A stretch of 64,000 bases of DNA, from the NCBI GenBank assembly GCA_039800945.1, contig JBDLPT010000026.1, positions 37,120 to 101,119 of the forward strand, read 5' to 3'. The notes beneath the pieces are model-generated. The model saw only the letters and a program-made list of their open reading frames with translations, was not told where the DNA came from and ran no database searches. This document shows positions 37,821 to 48,078 of the stretch, in pieces. How positions within the stretch are numbered: position 1 is the first letter of the stretch; each line of letters begins with the position of its first letter. Source of the stretch: Bacteroidota bacterium (lineage in GTDB: Bacteria; Bacteroidota; Bacteroidia; Flavobacteriales_D; Crocinitomicaceae). A program made the translations under genes and the position numbers.

Positions 37821-39545
37821 TTAAATGGGTTTCAGGTAGATTTTTGAGAAATCTACAATTCCCGACTCTTCTAATTCGAACCCGCGCACCGTTAATTTAT
37901 TCAACACAAAAAAGTCTTCTGTGTATATCGGGATAAGAGCGTTGTCTTCAATAATTTCTTTTTCGCAAAGCTTTTGATATAATTTGTGCGAGGGGCTCTG
38001 TGCGTCTGCAAAAATGGAGCTTAAATAATAGTTGTCTACTTTTTGGTTTTTATAGAACATTGGCTTTTGAGCCGCACTGTAAAACAACCTCAAATAAGAT
38101 TCTCCTCCAGGGTAATCACCAACCCAACCTCCGCGCCAAATATCGATATCTTTTTGACTGCTTAGATTTTTAGTTTGCTCATTATAAAGGAGTACGACTT
38201 TAATGTTGAGCTGGTCTTTTAACATTTTTTGAATGGCTCGACACCACGCAGCGGCAACGCCATTTTTATCTCCATTTACTGCAAGGTTTACTATTGGAAA
38301 GGGGTGATTTTTATCAAACCCTGCTTTACTCAGCAAAAGCTTTGCTTCATTTCTTGAACCTTCAGCTGTCTTACTTTTTTGAAGCGTAAGCAACAACTCA
38401 TTTTTATAACCCTTCCTTACGGGGATAAACTTTCCTTGCATAGGGCTTCCTTCTCCATTCAAATCATTCATACATATTTGAACCGGATCAATAACCAAAG
38501 AAAAGGCTTTTCTTACTGCTGGATTATCAAATGGTTTTTTGAGGGCATTAAAATAGATATAGTGAATTTTAGAAGAAGGTCTAATATACACTTCATGCAG
38601 CGGATTTTTACCTTTTTGCGCGTCTTGAAGTGTTCCAAATGCAGACTGCAATTGATTCACCGGTAAATCAAATAGTAAATCACTTTTGTTTTCTGAAAAC
38701 AATCTGTGTTCATTTGCACCGGATACGCCTGTGCAAACCTCCACCTCATCTAAATAAGGCAATTGATTTCCGAAGCGGTCTTTCTTCCAATAGTCTTTGT
38801 TGCGCTTAAACAATAAAATTCCTTTGCTTTTTGAGTCAAGATAAAAAGCTCCAGTTCCTATTGGGTGATCAATAAAGTTGTTTTGATAATAACTTGCTGC
38901 TGTTTTACTCAAGACGCCCAAGCTATTATTGGAAAGCAGGGGAAGGAAGTGATTATAAGAACCTGTAAGCGCTATTTTTAATGTATACGGATCAATAATT
39001 TTAATTCCGCTAACGGTTTTTTCTAGCGGATTTTCTTTGTTCTGAAAAAAACGATCAGCTCCTTCGATGAGCTCAATAAGTAAATGTTCTTGTTGGTTTT
39101 CGATTTCATTTGAACAGGCATAACTTAATGTAAAGGCGAGGTCATCGGCGGTCAATTCTCTGGACTCAAATCTAAAACAAGCATCGGTAGCAAAATAAAC
39201 ATCTTGTCGAAGTGAGATGGTGATTTCTTTGTGGTTTGCAGAAGCTGTAATGTGGTTTGCTAAATTATAATTCCATCCTCTTGAATTATCTGCAGCAACC
39301 AGAATAGGCTCATAAATGAGTTGTTGTACGCGATGGTAGTCAAGTGTGTTGGAGGAAAGCGGAAAAAGAACAGAAAAAGATTCTGCCGAGCTAAAACGCA
39401 GTTTACCCCCGAAAATTACATCGCCCTTTGCCGCGGGCCGAGGTTTTGGAATGATCCAAAAAAGCCCAACAATCAGGAATAATACTCCGACAACAATAAT
39501 TGTTTTGCGCTTGCTCATTTGAACAAATGTAAGATTATTGCGCAT
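37821..39545 (-). CDS. ABC transporter substrate-binding protein, family 5 (peptide/nickel type), membrane-anchored
   Basis: N-terminal TM anchor and an SBP_bac_5-like body. Met at 39518 (MSKRKTIIVVG...) is an alternative start. Confidence 0.65.
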   Translation of the reverse strand: MRNNLTFVQMSKRKTIIVVGVLFLIVGLFWIIPKPRPAAKGDVIFGGKLRFSSAESFSVLFPLSSNTLDYHRVQQLIYEPILVAADNSRGWNYNLANHITASANHKEITISLRQDVYFATDACFRFESRELTADDLAFTLSYACSNEIENQQEHLLIELIEGADRFFQNKENPLEKTVSGIKIIDPYTLKIALTGSYNHFLPLLSNNSLGVLSKTAASYYQNNFIDHPIGTGAFYLDSKSKGILLFKRNKDYWKKDRFGNQLPYLDEVEVCTGVSGANEHRLFSENKSDLLFDLPVNQLQSAFGTLQDAQKGKNPLHEVYIRPSSKIHYIYFNALKKPFDNPAVRKAFSLVIDPVQICMNDLNGEGSPMQGKFIPVRKGYKNELLLTLQKSKTAEGSRNEAKLLLSKAGFDKNHPFPIVNLAVNGDKNGVAAAWCRAIQKMLKDQLNIKVVLLYNEQTKNLSSQKDIDIWRGGWVGDYPGGESYLRLFYSAAQKPMFYKNQKVDNYYLSSIFADAQSPSHKLYQKLCEKEIIEDNALIPIYTEDFFVLNKLTVRGFELEESGIVDFSKIYLKPI

Positions 39546-39567
39546 AAAAAAGGGGCCGAAGCCCCTT
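39546..39567 (-). terminator. rho-independent terminator after the adhesin gene, abutting the next ATG
   Basis: Minus strand reads AGGGGC-TTCG-GCCCCT (UUCG loop), then a T run, then the ATG at 39545. Confidence 0.8.
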
Positions 39568-39570
39568 ACA

Positions 39571-41832
39571 TTATTTTTTGTTTACTAAGTGTAAGAAACC
39601 GTGACCGGTAACTTCTTGTCCATTGATGCCGGTAGCAACATATGTGTAGAAATAGATTCCTTCTGCCGCCATTTTGCCATCAATGATTCCATCCCACGAT
39701 GGATTATTTGTGATGAGGTCTACAGAGCTTTTGTCAAATACTACATTGCCCCATCGGTTTAAAATGGTTAAATGTAGTGTAGTTACATTCTTTGTATCTA
39801 AGAAAAATGCTTCGTTGTTGTTGTCTTGATTTGGTGTAAAGACATTTGGCGCCACAACTTCTGGGTTTGGAATAATACAAGACCCGTTGTCAACAGTTGC
39901 TAAAGGGTTATAGTTAATGGCTTCAGGATTTGTACACCCACAAATATTTACGGTAATCGTAGCGCTTGCTTGATCTGTACATTGAGCCCCTTGTAATGCA
40001 ACAAGAGTAACTACATAATTGCTTTGAGTGGCATCATAGGTCATGGTAACAGGCCCAGCATTGTTTGAGAACTGCCCATTTCCAAAATCCCAAGCATAAG
40101 TTTGTGCGTTTTGGCTATTGTTGGTAAAGGTGACGGTAAGTGGTTCACACCCTTCGGTAATTGAGGCACTGAATTGAGCAACCGGCGGATCAAGTAAATC
40201 AACAAATGCGCTGTCTGATACCGTACAAACATTGTCTTCAACAGTAATGTAATACCAACCTGATGGAATGTTTTGCCAAACTGAAGCGTCAATAAAGCCG
40301 TTTGGCCCAGGACCCGTCCAAGAATATTGAGGCACACCCTGTAAGCCAGAAGCTTGAACCGAAACATATCCGGTCGGCACACAAGTAGATGGTCCGACAT
40401 AAATAGTATCAATTGCCAGTGTTTGGTTCATGGTAATAGAAACAGTATCGGTTTGGGTAAAATTACAGTTATCTGTAGCGGTAACTAAATAATACATTGT
40501 TCCGTTCTGACTAATTCCAACCGAAATAGAGTCATTGGTGCCTAATGGTACGCCAACTAAGCTTTCCCATTCGTAGTCGTAAGGAGCATAGCCACCGGCA
40601 GCACTTGCCGCTAGCCAAACGCTGTCGGTTGCGCAGTAAACCGTGGGGTTGTTACCTGTAATGTTGATAATTGGCCCTTCACCAATATATATTGTTCCGG
40701 ATGAAGTAATGGTGTCGCCGCAAGGGTTGATCAATTGTACGGTAATCACAACAGATTCAAAGCCTTCATTAATGTTATCTTGGGTAGGAGTGAGGTTGAT
40801 CACAACAGTGTCTTCTCCTGGTAAGAAAGTAATTGGATTGATAAGTGTGTTGTAGTCAATGCCTTGTTGAGCAACACCGCCAATTGTGTAGTTGATAATG
40901 AGTGTGTCATCTACTTGTCCTGGAGGGCGTGTAAAAATGAAATCTGCATAAGTACAACCTTCAACGATAGTGGTGTCACCCGAAACGGTAGCAACTGCTA
41001 CGTCTACAGCCGCAGAACTAAAAGAACCAGCTTCTAGAAATACACCGGAGTCATATGATTGGTCACCTACGTTGGAGATAGCTAATTTGATATGATACAT
41101 TTGGTTACACTGCACGCTTGCCGCAGCAGTTAAAAGAACAGTGGTGCCGTCATATTGAATGGCATCGCCGTATGTAAGTGTTGAGCTGTTTTCATTGAAA
41201 ACGTAATATTGAGTGTTGTTGACATCTCCGACGTTGTTAATGGTTACTGGGGTGCCACCCGGAATGGTTGCAATGTTTTCTCCCCCATTAGGATAACCAG
41301 CTAATACATAAGGCCCGGTTATGCCAGGGCCCCATAAAAAGAGTCCGAATGCATCGTTGTATGATGAAGGTGAAAACTCAGGATATTCATCGGAGCCAAA
41401 CATGTAATTAAATACAAGGGTGTCCCCAGATGGAATAAAGTCAAATTCGAGTACAACCCCATTGGTAACACTTCCTGCGGCGATGTCATTCAAATGTGGA
41501 TCTGAAGAAACAAGAGCAGTTGCAGGATTATTATTTGTAAATGAAGTGGAATTGTTTGGCCCAATTGCTGCCACCGCATTTCCTGTGGTAAGTACAAGGC
41601 CGTTGTTTATTGGAAAGGCGGCATTTGTGTTGGTAAAATATCCTACGTTAGATTGTGGCGTATTTGCTAATGCTGGGTTCCCGTTGATGGTCACGTTAAA
41701 AGCGGTAACCCCAAAACCGAGTAGCACGTTGTCAACAAGTTGCTGAGGAGTTTGAGTAGTAGAAACAGAAATTGGCTGTGCAAAAGCAGAGCCAAACGCA
41801 AACACCATGATGAGTTGTAGTATGTTTTTCAT
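39571..41832 (-). CDS. large secreted adhesin-like protein: choice-of-anchor L N-terminal domain, PKD/Ig-like repeats, T9SS type B (gliding-motility-associated) C-terminal domain
   Basis: Signal peptide MKNILQLIMVFAFGSAFAQ. The C-terminus reads PNVFTPNQDNNNEAFFL...ILNRWGNVVF...WDG...GIYFYTY. Confidence 0.75.
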   Translation of the reverse strand: MKNILQLIMVFAFGSAFAQPISVSTTQTPQQLVDNVLLGFGVTAFNVTINGNPALANTPQSNVGYFTNTNAAFPINNGLVLTTGNAVAAIGPNNSTSFTNNNPATALVSSDPHLNDIAAGSVTNGVVLEFDFIPSGDTLVFNYMFGSDEYPEFSPSSYNDAFGLFLWGPGITGPYVLAGYPNGGENIATIPGGTPVTINNVGDVNNTQYYVFNENSSTLTYGDAIQYDGTTVLLTAAASVQCNQMYHIKLAISNVGDQSYDSGVFLEAGSFSSAAVDVAVATVSGDTTIVEGCTYADFIFTRPPGQVDDTLIINYTIGGVAQQGIDYNTLINPITFLPGEDTVVINLTPTQDNINEGFESVVITVQLINPCGDTITSSGTIYIGEGPIINITGNNPTVYCATDSVWLAASAAGGYAPYDYEWESLVGVPLGTNDSISVGISQNGTMYYLVTATDNCNFTQTDTVSITMNQTLAIDTIYVGPSTCVPTGYVSVQASGLQGVPQYSWTGPGPNGFIDASVWQNIPSGWYYITVEDNVCTVSDSAFVDLLDPPVAQFSASITEGCEPLTVTFTNNSQNAQTYAWDFGNGQFSNNAGPVTMTYDATQSNYVVTLVALQGAQCTDQASATITVNICGCTNPEAINYNPLATVDNGSCIIPNPEVVAPNVFTPNQDNNNEAFFLDTKNVTTLHLTILNRWGNVVFDKSSVDLITNNPSWDGIIDGKMAAEGIYFYTYVATGINGQEVTGHGFLHLVNKK

Positions 41833-41881
41833 AAGCGCAAGTTGTCGGTTAGACGTGATAAATGAAAATCTAGTTGCAATA

Positions 41882-41889
41882 CAAAATTA
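41882..41889 (-). promoter_or_regulatory. candidate sigma-A -7 box TAATTTTG for the adhesin gene
   Basis: Exact TAnnTTTG on the minus strand, 49 nt upstream of the ATG at 41832. Confidence 0.45.
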
Positions 41890-41950
41890 ATATAATCAAC
41901 GACGTAGCAAAACCCCGCGATTTTTCGCAACTTTGGGTTATTAAAATACT

Positions 41951-43333
41951 ATGGAAAAAACACAACAATTTATCGGTCAAAACAAAGACAAATTTGTAGC
42001 CGAATTATTCGATTTATTGCGCATTCCGTCCATTTCTGCAGACCTAGCTTATCAGCAAGATGTACAAAACTGCGCTCAATTTTTAGCGAAGCATTTTCAA
42101 GAAATAGGACTCGATGAGGTTGCTATTTTCCCAACCGCGGGTCATCCAATTGTTTACGCTGAAAAAATGATTGATGCTGCGCTCCCAACCGTTTTGGTTT
42201 ATGGCCATTATGACGTGCAACCCGCAGACCCGCTAGAACTTTGGCACAGCCCAGCTTTTGAACCCGTTATTAAAAAAACGGAGATTCATCCTGAAGGCGC
42301 CATTTTTGCAAGAGGGGCTTGTGATGACAAAGGCCAAGTCTTTATGCATGTTAAAGCTTTAGAGGCGATGCTGAAAAGTCAAGAACTTCCTTGTAATGTG
42401 AAGTTGATGATCGAAGGTGAAGAAGAAATTGGAAGTCCGAATCTCGCCATCTTTGTTAAAGAGAACAAACAGAAATTAAAAGCAGACATCATTCTAGTTT
42501 CAGATACCGGGATGTTGGCTAATGATGTGCCATCAATTACAACAGGATTAAGAGGTCTTAGTTATGTTGAAGTTGAAGTTACCGGACCAAATAGAGATTT
42601 GCATTCAGGACTCTACGGTGGCTGTGTGGCAAATCCGATCAATATTCTTACCCAAATGATTGCGAGTCTACACGATGAAAACAATCATATTACCATACCG
42701 GGTTTTTATGACAAAGTTCAAGAACTCACTGCTGAAGACCGTGCTGAAATGGCAAAAGCTCCTTATTCTGAAGAAGCATATTGCAAAGCCCTTGACTTGA
42801 AACAAACACATGGAGAGAGCGGCTATAGCACAATGGAGCGCGGTTCTATTAGGCCAACACTTGATGTCAATGGTATTTGGGGTGGTTACACTGGCGAAGG
42901 AGCAAAAACAGTCATTGCTTCAAAAGCTTTTGCAAAAATCTCTATGCGTTTAGTACCAGATCAAGACCCAGAAGAAATTACAAGGCTTTTCCAAGAGCAT
43001 TTTGAAAAAATAGCACCAAACAGTGTGCGCGTCAAAGTCTTGCCGCATCATGGAGGCGAGCCTGTAGTTACTCCAACTGATTCTTTTGCATACGATGCCG
43101 CCGCGCGCGCCTATGAAACCACTTTCGGAAAAAGACCCATCCCGGTAAGAAGTGGCGGAAGCATTCCTATTATTGCCATGTTTGAAAAAGAGTTGGGTCT
43201 TAAAACAATCATGATGGGCTTTGGCTTGGATAGCGATGCCATTCATAGTCCAAATGAGCACTATGGCCTTTTCAATTTCTATAAAGGCATTGAAACCATC
43301 CCTTACTTTTTCAAAAATTTCAGCGAACAATAA
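41951..43333 (+). CDS. M20 family dipeptidase
   Basis: GHYDVQP, GACDDKG and EGEEEIGS metal-ligand motifs. Confidence 0.85.
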   Translation: MEKTQQFIGQNKDKFVAELFDLLRIPSISADLAYQQDVQNCAQFLAKHFQEIGLDEVAIFPTAGHPIVYAEKMIDAALPTVLVYGHYDVQPADPLELWHSPAFEPVIKKTEIHPEGAIFARGACDDKGQVFMHVKALEAMLKSQELPCNVKLMIEGEEEIGSPNLAIFVKENKQKLKADIILVSDTGMLANDVPSITTGLRGLSYVEVEVTGPNRDLHSGLYGGCVANPINILTQMIASLHDENNHITIPGFYDKVQELTAEDRAEMAKAPYSEEAYCKALDLKQTHGESGYSTMERGSIRPTLDVNGIWGGYTGEGAKTVIASKAFAKISMRLVPDQDPEEITRLFQEHFEKIAPNSVRVKVLPHHGGEPVVTPTDSFAYDAAARAYETTFGKRPIPVRSGGSIPIIAMFEKELGLKTIMMGFGLDSDAIHSPNEHYGLFNFYKGIETIPYFFKNFSEQ

Positions 43334-43809
43334 TGAGAATACAGCACGTTTTTTATGCTATTTTACTCTTCACTTTTGCATCTTGTGCTAGTCTAGAGGA
43401 ACCCATAGAAATGATCAGTTATGACGGATCTCAAGTCCAGCAATTTAGTGGGCAGTTGATCCAATTCAAAGCTGGTTTTCATGTCCAAAACAAGTTGCCC
43501 TTGGCGCTTAAAATGAAACCGAGTTCGTTTGAAATTTTTATTGATCAGCAAAAAGTGGGCAACTTGTATGTAGATGAACCCATCAAATTAAAAGCGCTTA
43601 AAGAAAACAACCTTACCGTACCAATGCATATTGTTCCAGAACCTGGTTTCATGACGCTTTTGTATAAATCGGCAAAACAAAATGAGGTGAATGTAAAAAT
43701 CAGTGGATATCCAAAAGTAGGGGTGCTGTTTTTATACAAAACACAACCCGTTTCGAAAGACACCAAACTTCAACCCGCACAATTCTTGCCCAATCTCCCT
43801 ATTTTCTGA
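43333..43809 (+). CDS. lipoprotein, LEA type 2 / LEA14-like
   Basis: Lipobox FTFASC and a beta-sandwich-like pattern. TAATG overlap with the upstream gene. Confidence 0.4.
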   Translation: MRIQHVFYAILLFTFASCASLEEPIEMISYDGSQVQQFSGQLIQFKAGFHVQNKLPLALKMKPSSFEIFIDQQKVGNLYVDEPIKLKALKENNLTVPMHIVPEPGFMTLLYKSAKQNEVNVKISGYPKVGVLFLYKTQPVSKDTKLQPAQFLPNLPIF

Positions 43810-46616
43810 TGCTGACACCTGTAGCCCCAAAGAAATTATTTTTACTCGATGCGTATGCCCTTATCTATAGGGCTTATTTTGCTTTTGCAAAGAATCCAAG
43901 AGTCAATTCAAAAGGAGAGAACACATCTGCTGCTTTTGGATTCACGAATGTCTTAATTGATGTGCTTAAAACCGAACAGCCCACGCATATTGCTGTCGTA
44001 TTTGACCCACCCGGCGGATCCACAACCAGACAAGAAGAGTTTATTGAATATAAGGCGCATCGCGAAGAAATGCCCGAAGACATCCGCTCCATGATTCATC
44101 CCATTAAGCAGATTGTTCAAGCATTTAACATCCCCATTCTTGAGGTCCCGGGTTATGAAGCTGATGATGTGATTGGAACAGTGGCTTTAATGGCCGAAAA
44201 ACACGGATTCATCACATACATGATGACTCCTGATAAAGATTACGCACAATTAGTTAGTCCGCAAACCTTTATTTACAAACCAGGACGCGGCGGGAATCCG
44301 CCTGAAATTCTAGGTATGAAAGAAGTATGCGAAAAATTTGAAATCAAAGATCCAATTCAAGTCATTGATATTTTAGGCCTTTGGGGAGATGCTTCGGATA
44401 ATATTCCGGGTATTCCGGGTATTGGGGAAAAGACAGCAAAAGTACTGGTAGCTAAGTATGGCTCAATGGAAGGCTTGTTTGAAAACACTCACGAATTAAA
44501 AGGGAAGCAAAAAGAAAACGTCGAAAACTTCCAACAACAGGGCCTAATGTCAAAAATGTTGGCTACCATCATTAGAGATGTTCCTGTAGAATTTGACGAA
44601 GCAGACCTAAAAGTTTGCGATGTAAATGCAGAAGCAGTCAAAGCAATATTTACTGAGCTTGAATTCAGGACACTCGCTAAAAGAATAATCGGCGAAGAGA
44701 TTGTGGTTACGAAAACCAATTCGGAAGAAGGGGCGCCACAACTTGATCTCTTTGGCGTGCAAAGCATGCTTGAACCACAACAGAGTACCCCAACCGCGGG
44801 CTATAAAACAATTGCTACTGAAAAACCGAGCTACCATTTGATTTCTTCAGCGGAAGAACGCAAAGAGCTTTTAGAATTATTATTGGAGCAGAGTTCTGTT
44901 TGCTTTGATACTGAAACCACTGATATAGATGCATTACATGCAGACCTTGTTGGCTTCTCCTTTTCATATAAACCAAGAGAGGCCTTTTATGTTGCTGTTC
45001 CACAAGACTTTGAAGCAGCAAAAGCAATCATCCATGAATTTTTACCCGTATTTCTTGATATTTCAATCGAAAAGATTGCCCATAACATGAAATACGATTT
45101 AAAGGTATTGAACCGTTATGGTATTACCTTAGATGGCCCTTTGTTTGACACCATGATTGCTCAGTATTTGATCAATCCGGAATCGAAACAAGGCATGGAT
45201 TTCTTGGCAAATTACTATTTGAATTACCAACCTATTTCTATTGAAACGCTCATTGGTAAAAAAGGTAAAAATCAAGGCAATATGGCTGATTTAAAGCCAG
45301 AGGAAATCGCAGACTACGCGTGTGAAGATGCCGACATTACTTACCAACTCAAACAAATACTTGAGCCTGAAATCCAGAAACCGCATTTATACCATTTGTT
45401 TTATGAAATGGAGATGCCCTTAGTTACTGTGCTCAAAGACATCGAGCAAGAGGGCATTGCAATTGATACACATGCACTCGATCAATTTTCTAAAGAGCTA
45501 GACCAGCGCATCATCGAACTAGATCATTTGATCACTGATGCAGCCGGAGAAACTTTTAATATTGACTCTCCAAAACAGCTCGGCGAGATTTTATTTGAAA
45601 AACTAAAAATTTCTGCCAAAGCCAAGAAAACCAAAACAGGTCAGTACGCCACCTCTGAAGATATTTTACAGAAGCACGAGCATGATCACGCCATCATTCC
45701 ATATATTTTGGAATACCGACAGCTACGAAAACTAAAGAGCACTTATGTTGATCCTCTACCAACACTTTGCGACAAAGTGGACGGCAGAATCCACACCAAC
45801 TTTATGCAAACAGTAACGGCTACAGGTCGTTTGAGTTCTAACAATCCCAATCTTCAAAATATTCCTGTCAGAACTGCTAAAGGAAGAGAAATCAGAAGAG
45901 CATTTGTGGCAAGGTCAGCTGAATTCGAATTAATGGCGGTCGATTATTCTCAAATTGAATTGCGCATTATTGCCGCTTTAGCCGAAGACCAAAACATGAT
46001 TGAGGCCTTTAAAAGTGGTCATGATATCCATGCTGCCACTGCGGCAAAGGTATTTCACACCCCTATTTCTGAAGTGACCCGAGAACAACGCAGTGCTGCA
46101 AAAGCAGTAAACTTCGGCATTATTTATGGCCAGTCTGCCTTTGGATTGGCCCAAAATCTTCAGATTTCTCGCACAGAGGCGAAGCAAATCATCGATGCTT
46201 ATTTTGAGCAATATCCAAGCATTCGATCTTATATGGATAAAGTCATTGCGCAAGCAAGAGAGCTTGGCTATGTCGAAACCATCATGAAACGCAGAAGATA
46301 TTTACCAGATATTCATTCTGCCAATGCAGTCGTTCGAGGCTACGCCGAGCGAAACGCAATAAATGCGCCAATTCAGGGCTCTGCCGCTGACATCATTAAA
46401 ATGGCAATGGTTGCCGTCCATGAAGCCATGGCCAAAGAAAAACTGGAATCAAAAATGATACTTCAGGTGCATGATGAACTTGTTTTTGACGTACACCATA
46501 CCGAAAAAACAAAAATGCAAGCGCTTGTTAAAAGTGCCATGGAAAAAGCCGTTGAATTGAGTGTTCCGATGGAGGTAGAAATGAAATTGGCAACAAATTG
46601 GCTAGAAGCCCATTAA
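43809..46616 (+). CDS. polA: DNA polymerase I
   Basis: 935 aa with 5'-nuclease, 3'-5' exonuclease and family-A polymerase motifs (DYSQIELR, QVHDELVF). Confidence 0.97.
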   Translation: MLTPVAPKKLFLLDAYALIYRAYFAFAKNPRVNSKGENTSAAFGFTNVLIDVLKTEQPTHIAVVFDPPGGSTTRQEEFIEYKAHREEMPEDIRSMIHPIKQIVQAFNIPILEVPGYEADDVIGTVALMAEKHGFITYMMTPDKDYAQLVSPQTFIYKPGRGGNPPEILGMKEVCEKFEIKDPIQVIDILGLWGDASDNIPGIPGIGEKTAKVLVAKYGSMEGLFENTHELKGKQKENVENFQQQGLMSKMLATIIRDVPVEFDEADLKVCDVNAEAVKAIFTELEFRTLAKRIIGEEIVVTKTNSEEGAPQLDLFGVQSMLEPQQSTPTAGYKTIATEKPSYHLISSAEERKELLELLLEQSSVCFDTETTDIDALHADLVGFSFSYKPREAFYVAVPQDFEAAKAIIHEFLPVFLDISIEKIAHNMKYDLKVLNRYGITLDGPLFDTMIAQYLINPESKQGMDFLANYYLNYQPISIETLIGKKGKNQGNMADLKPEEIADYACEDADITYQLKQILEPEIQKPHLYHLFYEMEMPLVTVLKDIEQEGIAIDTHALDQFSKELDQRIIELDHLITDAAGETFNIDSPKQLGEILFEKLKISAKAKKTKTGQYATSEDILQKHEHDHAIIPYILEYRQLRKLKSTYVDPLPTLCDKVDGRIHTNFMQTVTATGRLSSNNPNLQNIPVRTAKGREIRRAFVARSAEFELMAVDYSQIELRIIAALAEDQNMIEAFKSGHDIHAATAAKVFHTPISEVTREQRSAAKAVNFGIIYGQSAFGLAQNLQISRTEAKQIIDAYFEQYPSIRSYMDKVIAQARELGYVETIMKRRRYLPDIHSANAVVRGYAERNAINAPIQGSAADIIKMAMVAVHEAMAKEKLESKMILQVHDELVFDVHHTEKTKMQALVKSAMEKAVELSVPMEVEMKLATNWLEAH

Positions 46617-46642
46617 AATTTGAGCTACTTCCTACTTAAAAT

Positions 46643-46650
46643 TAACTTTG
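46643..46650 (+). promoter_or_regulatory. candidate sigma-A -7 box TAACTTTG for rseP
   Basis: Exact TAnnTTTG, 18 nt upstream of the ATG at 46669. Confidence 0.5.
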
Positions 46651-46668
46651 TAATCTAGAAAAATAAAA

Positions 46669-48072
46669 ATGGAAATCCTTATCAAAGCGGCTCAGCTCGT
46701 TACTTCTTTAGCCATTCTTGTTACCCTTCATGAATTTGGTCATTTTATCCCGGCCAAACTCTTCAAAACAAGAGTCGAGAAATTTTACCTTTTTTTCAAT
46801 CCATACTTTTCATTTTTTCGCTGGAAGAAAGTTAATGGAAATGCTAAAAAATCTTGGTTAAGCAAAGAAGCTCCTGAAAGTTGGTCGGAAGACCCTGACA
46901 CAACAGAGTGGGGGATCGGATGGGTTCCACTAGGGGGTTACGTAAAAATTGCGGGCATGATTGACGAATCTTTAGATACTGAGCAATTAAAGCAAGATCC
47001 ACAACCATGGGAATTTAGAAGTAAAAAAGCTTGGCAACGCCTCATTATTATGATTGGAGGGGTTACTGTTAATTTGGTCCTAGGATTCATAATTTATATA
47101 GGGGTAGTTTTCACTTGGGGACAACTCACTTTGGATCAGAACAAACTGCAAGCGGGGCTTAGTGTGCATCCCTATTTATCAAAATACGGGATTCATTCTG
47201 GCGATAAAGTACTTAGCATTGAAGGTAAAACCCTCTTGAATCTAGACGAACTCAACAAAGGCGTATTGCTTAGAGGAACTAGAAATTTAACGATTCAGCA
47301 TCCAGATGGTTCTACACAACAAATTCAACTACCAGCTGACATCGATCAAAAATTATTTGAGGCTGGCGCCTTACCCGCTTTTGGCTTGCGCTCCAATAAA
47401 ATAAGTTTAGCTGAAGTAAATTCAGATTCTCCAGCTCAGGCAGCAGGTTTGAAACCAACAGATCGCATTTTAGCAGTAGACGGACAATCCACACAATATT
47501 ACGATGAGTTTCAAGCGCAACTATTTTCAAATAAAAATCAAAAAGTAGCACTAAAAATTGCTAAAAAAGGCAATCTAAACGATACCTGTACGGTAAATGT
47601 TCAAGTAACTCCAGCCGGAACCATTGGTGTTTTGGCAACGTCGGCATTTGTCGATAAAGATGCCATTTCAGAGAAAAAATACGGATTCGGACAAAGCATC
47701 GGCATTGGTATGAGTTATGGTTACCATACTTTGGCTGATTATGTGAGCCAATTTAAATTTGTTTTCACTAAAAAAGGAGCCACACAAATTGGTGGATTTG
47801 CTTCTATCGGAAACATGTTTCCTCCACTTTGGGATTGGCACACTTTCTGGCTCACCACGGCCTTGCTTTCAATAATTTTAGCATTCATGAACATCCTTCC
47901 TATTCCCGCATTGGATGGTGGCCACGTAGTATTCTTGCTTTATGAAATGATTACCAGAAAAGAGGCTCCACAAAAAGTGTTGGAGGTTGCTCAGTACATC
48001 GGTATTTTTCTTTTGCTTTCTCTAATGATATATGCCAATGGCGCTGATTTAGTGCGTTGGTTAATTAAATAA
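46669..48072 (+). CDS. rseP: RIP metalloprotease RseP (site-2 protease)
   Basis: HEFGH zinc motif in TM1, PDZ region and a C-terminal LDGG motif. Confidence 0.9.
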   Translation: MEILIKAAQLVTSLAILVTLHEFGHFIPAKLFKTRVEKFYLFFNPYFSFFRWKKVNGNAKKSWLSKEAPESWSEDPDTTEWGIGWVPLGGYVKIAGMIDESLDTEQLKQDPQPWEFRSKKAWQRLIIMIGGVTVNLVLGFIIYIGVVFTWGQLTLDQNKLQAGLSVHPYLSKYGIHSGDKVLSIEGKTLLNLDELNKGVLLRGTRNLTIQHPDGSTQQIQLPADIDQKLFEAGALPAFGLRSNKISLAEVNSDSPAQAAGLKPTDRILAVDGQSTQYYDEFQAQLFSNKNQKVALKIAKKGNLNDTCTVNVQVTPAGTIGVLATSAFVDKDAISEKKYGFGQSIGIGMSYGYHTLADYVSQFKFVFTKKGATQIGGFASIGNMFPPLWDWHTFWLTTALLSIILAFMNILPIPALDGGHVVFLLYEMITRKEAPQKVLEVAQYIGIFLLLSLMIYANGADLVRWLIK

Positions 48073-48078
48073 CACAAT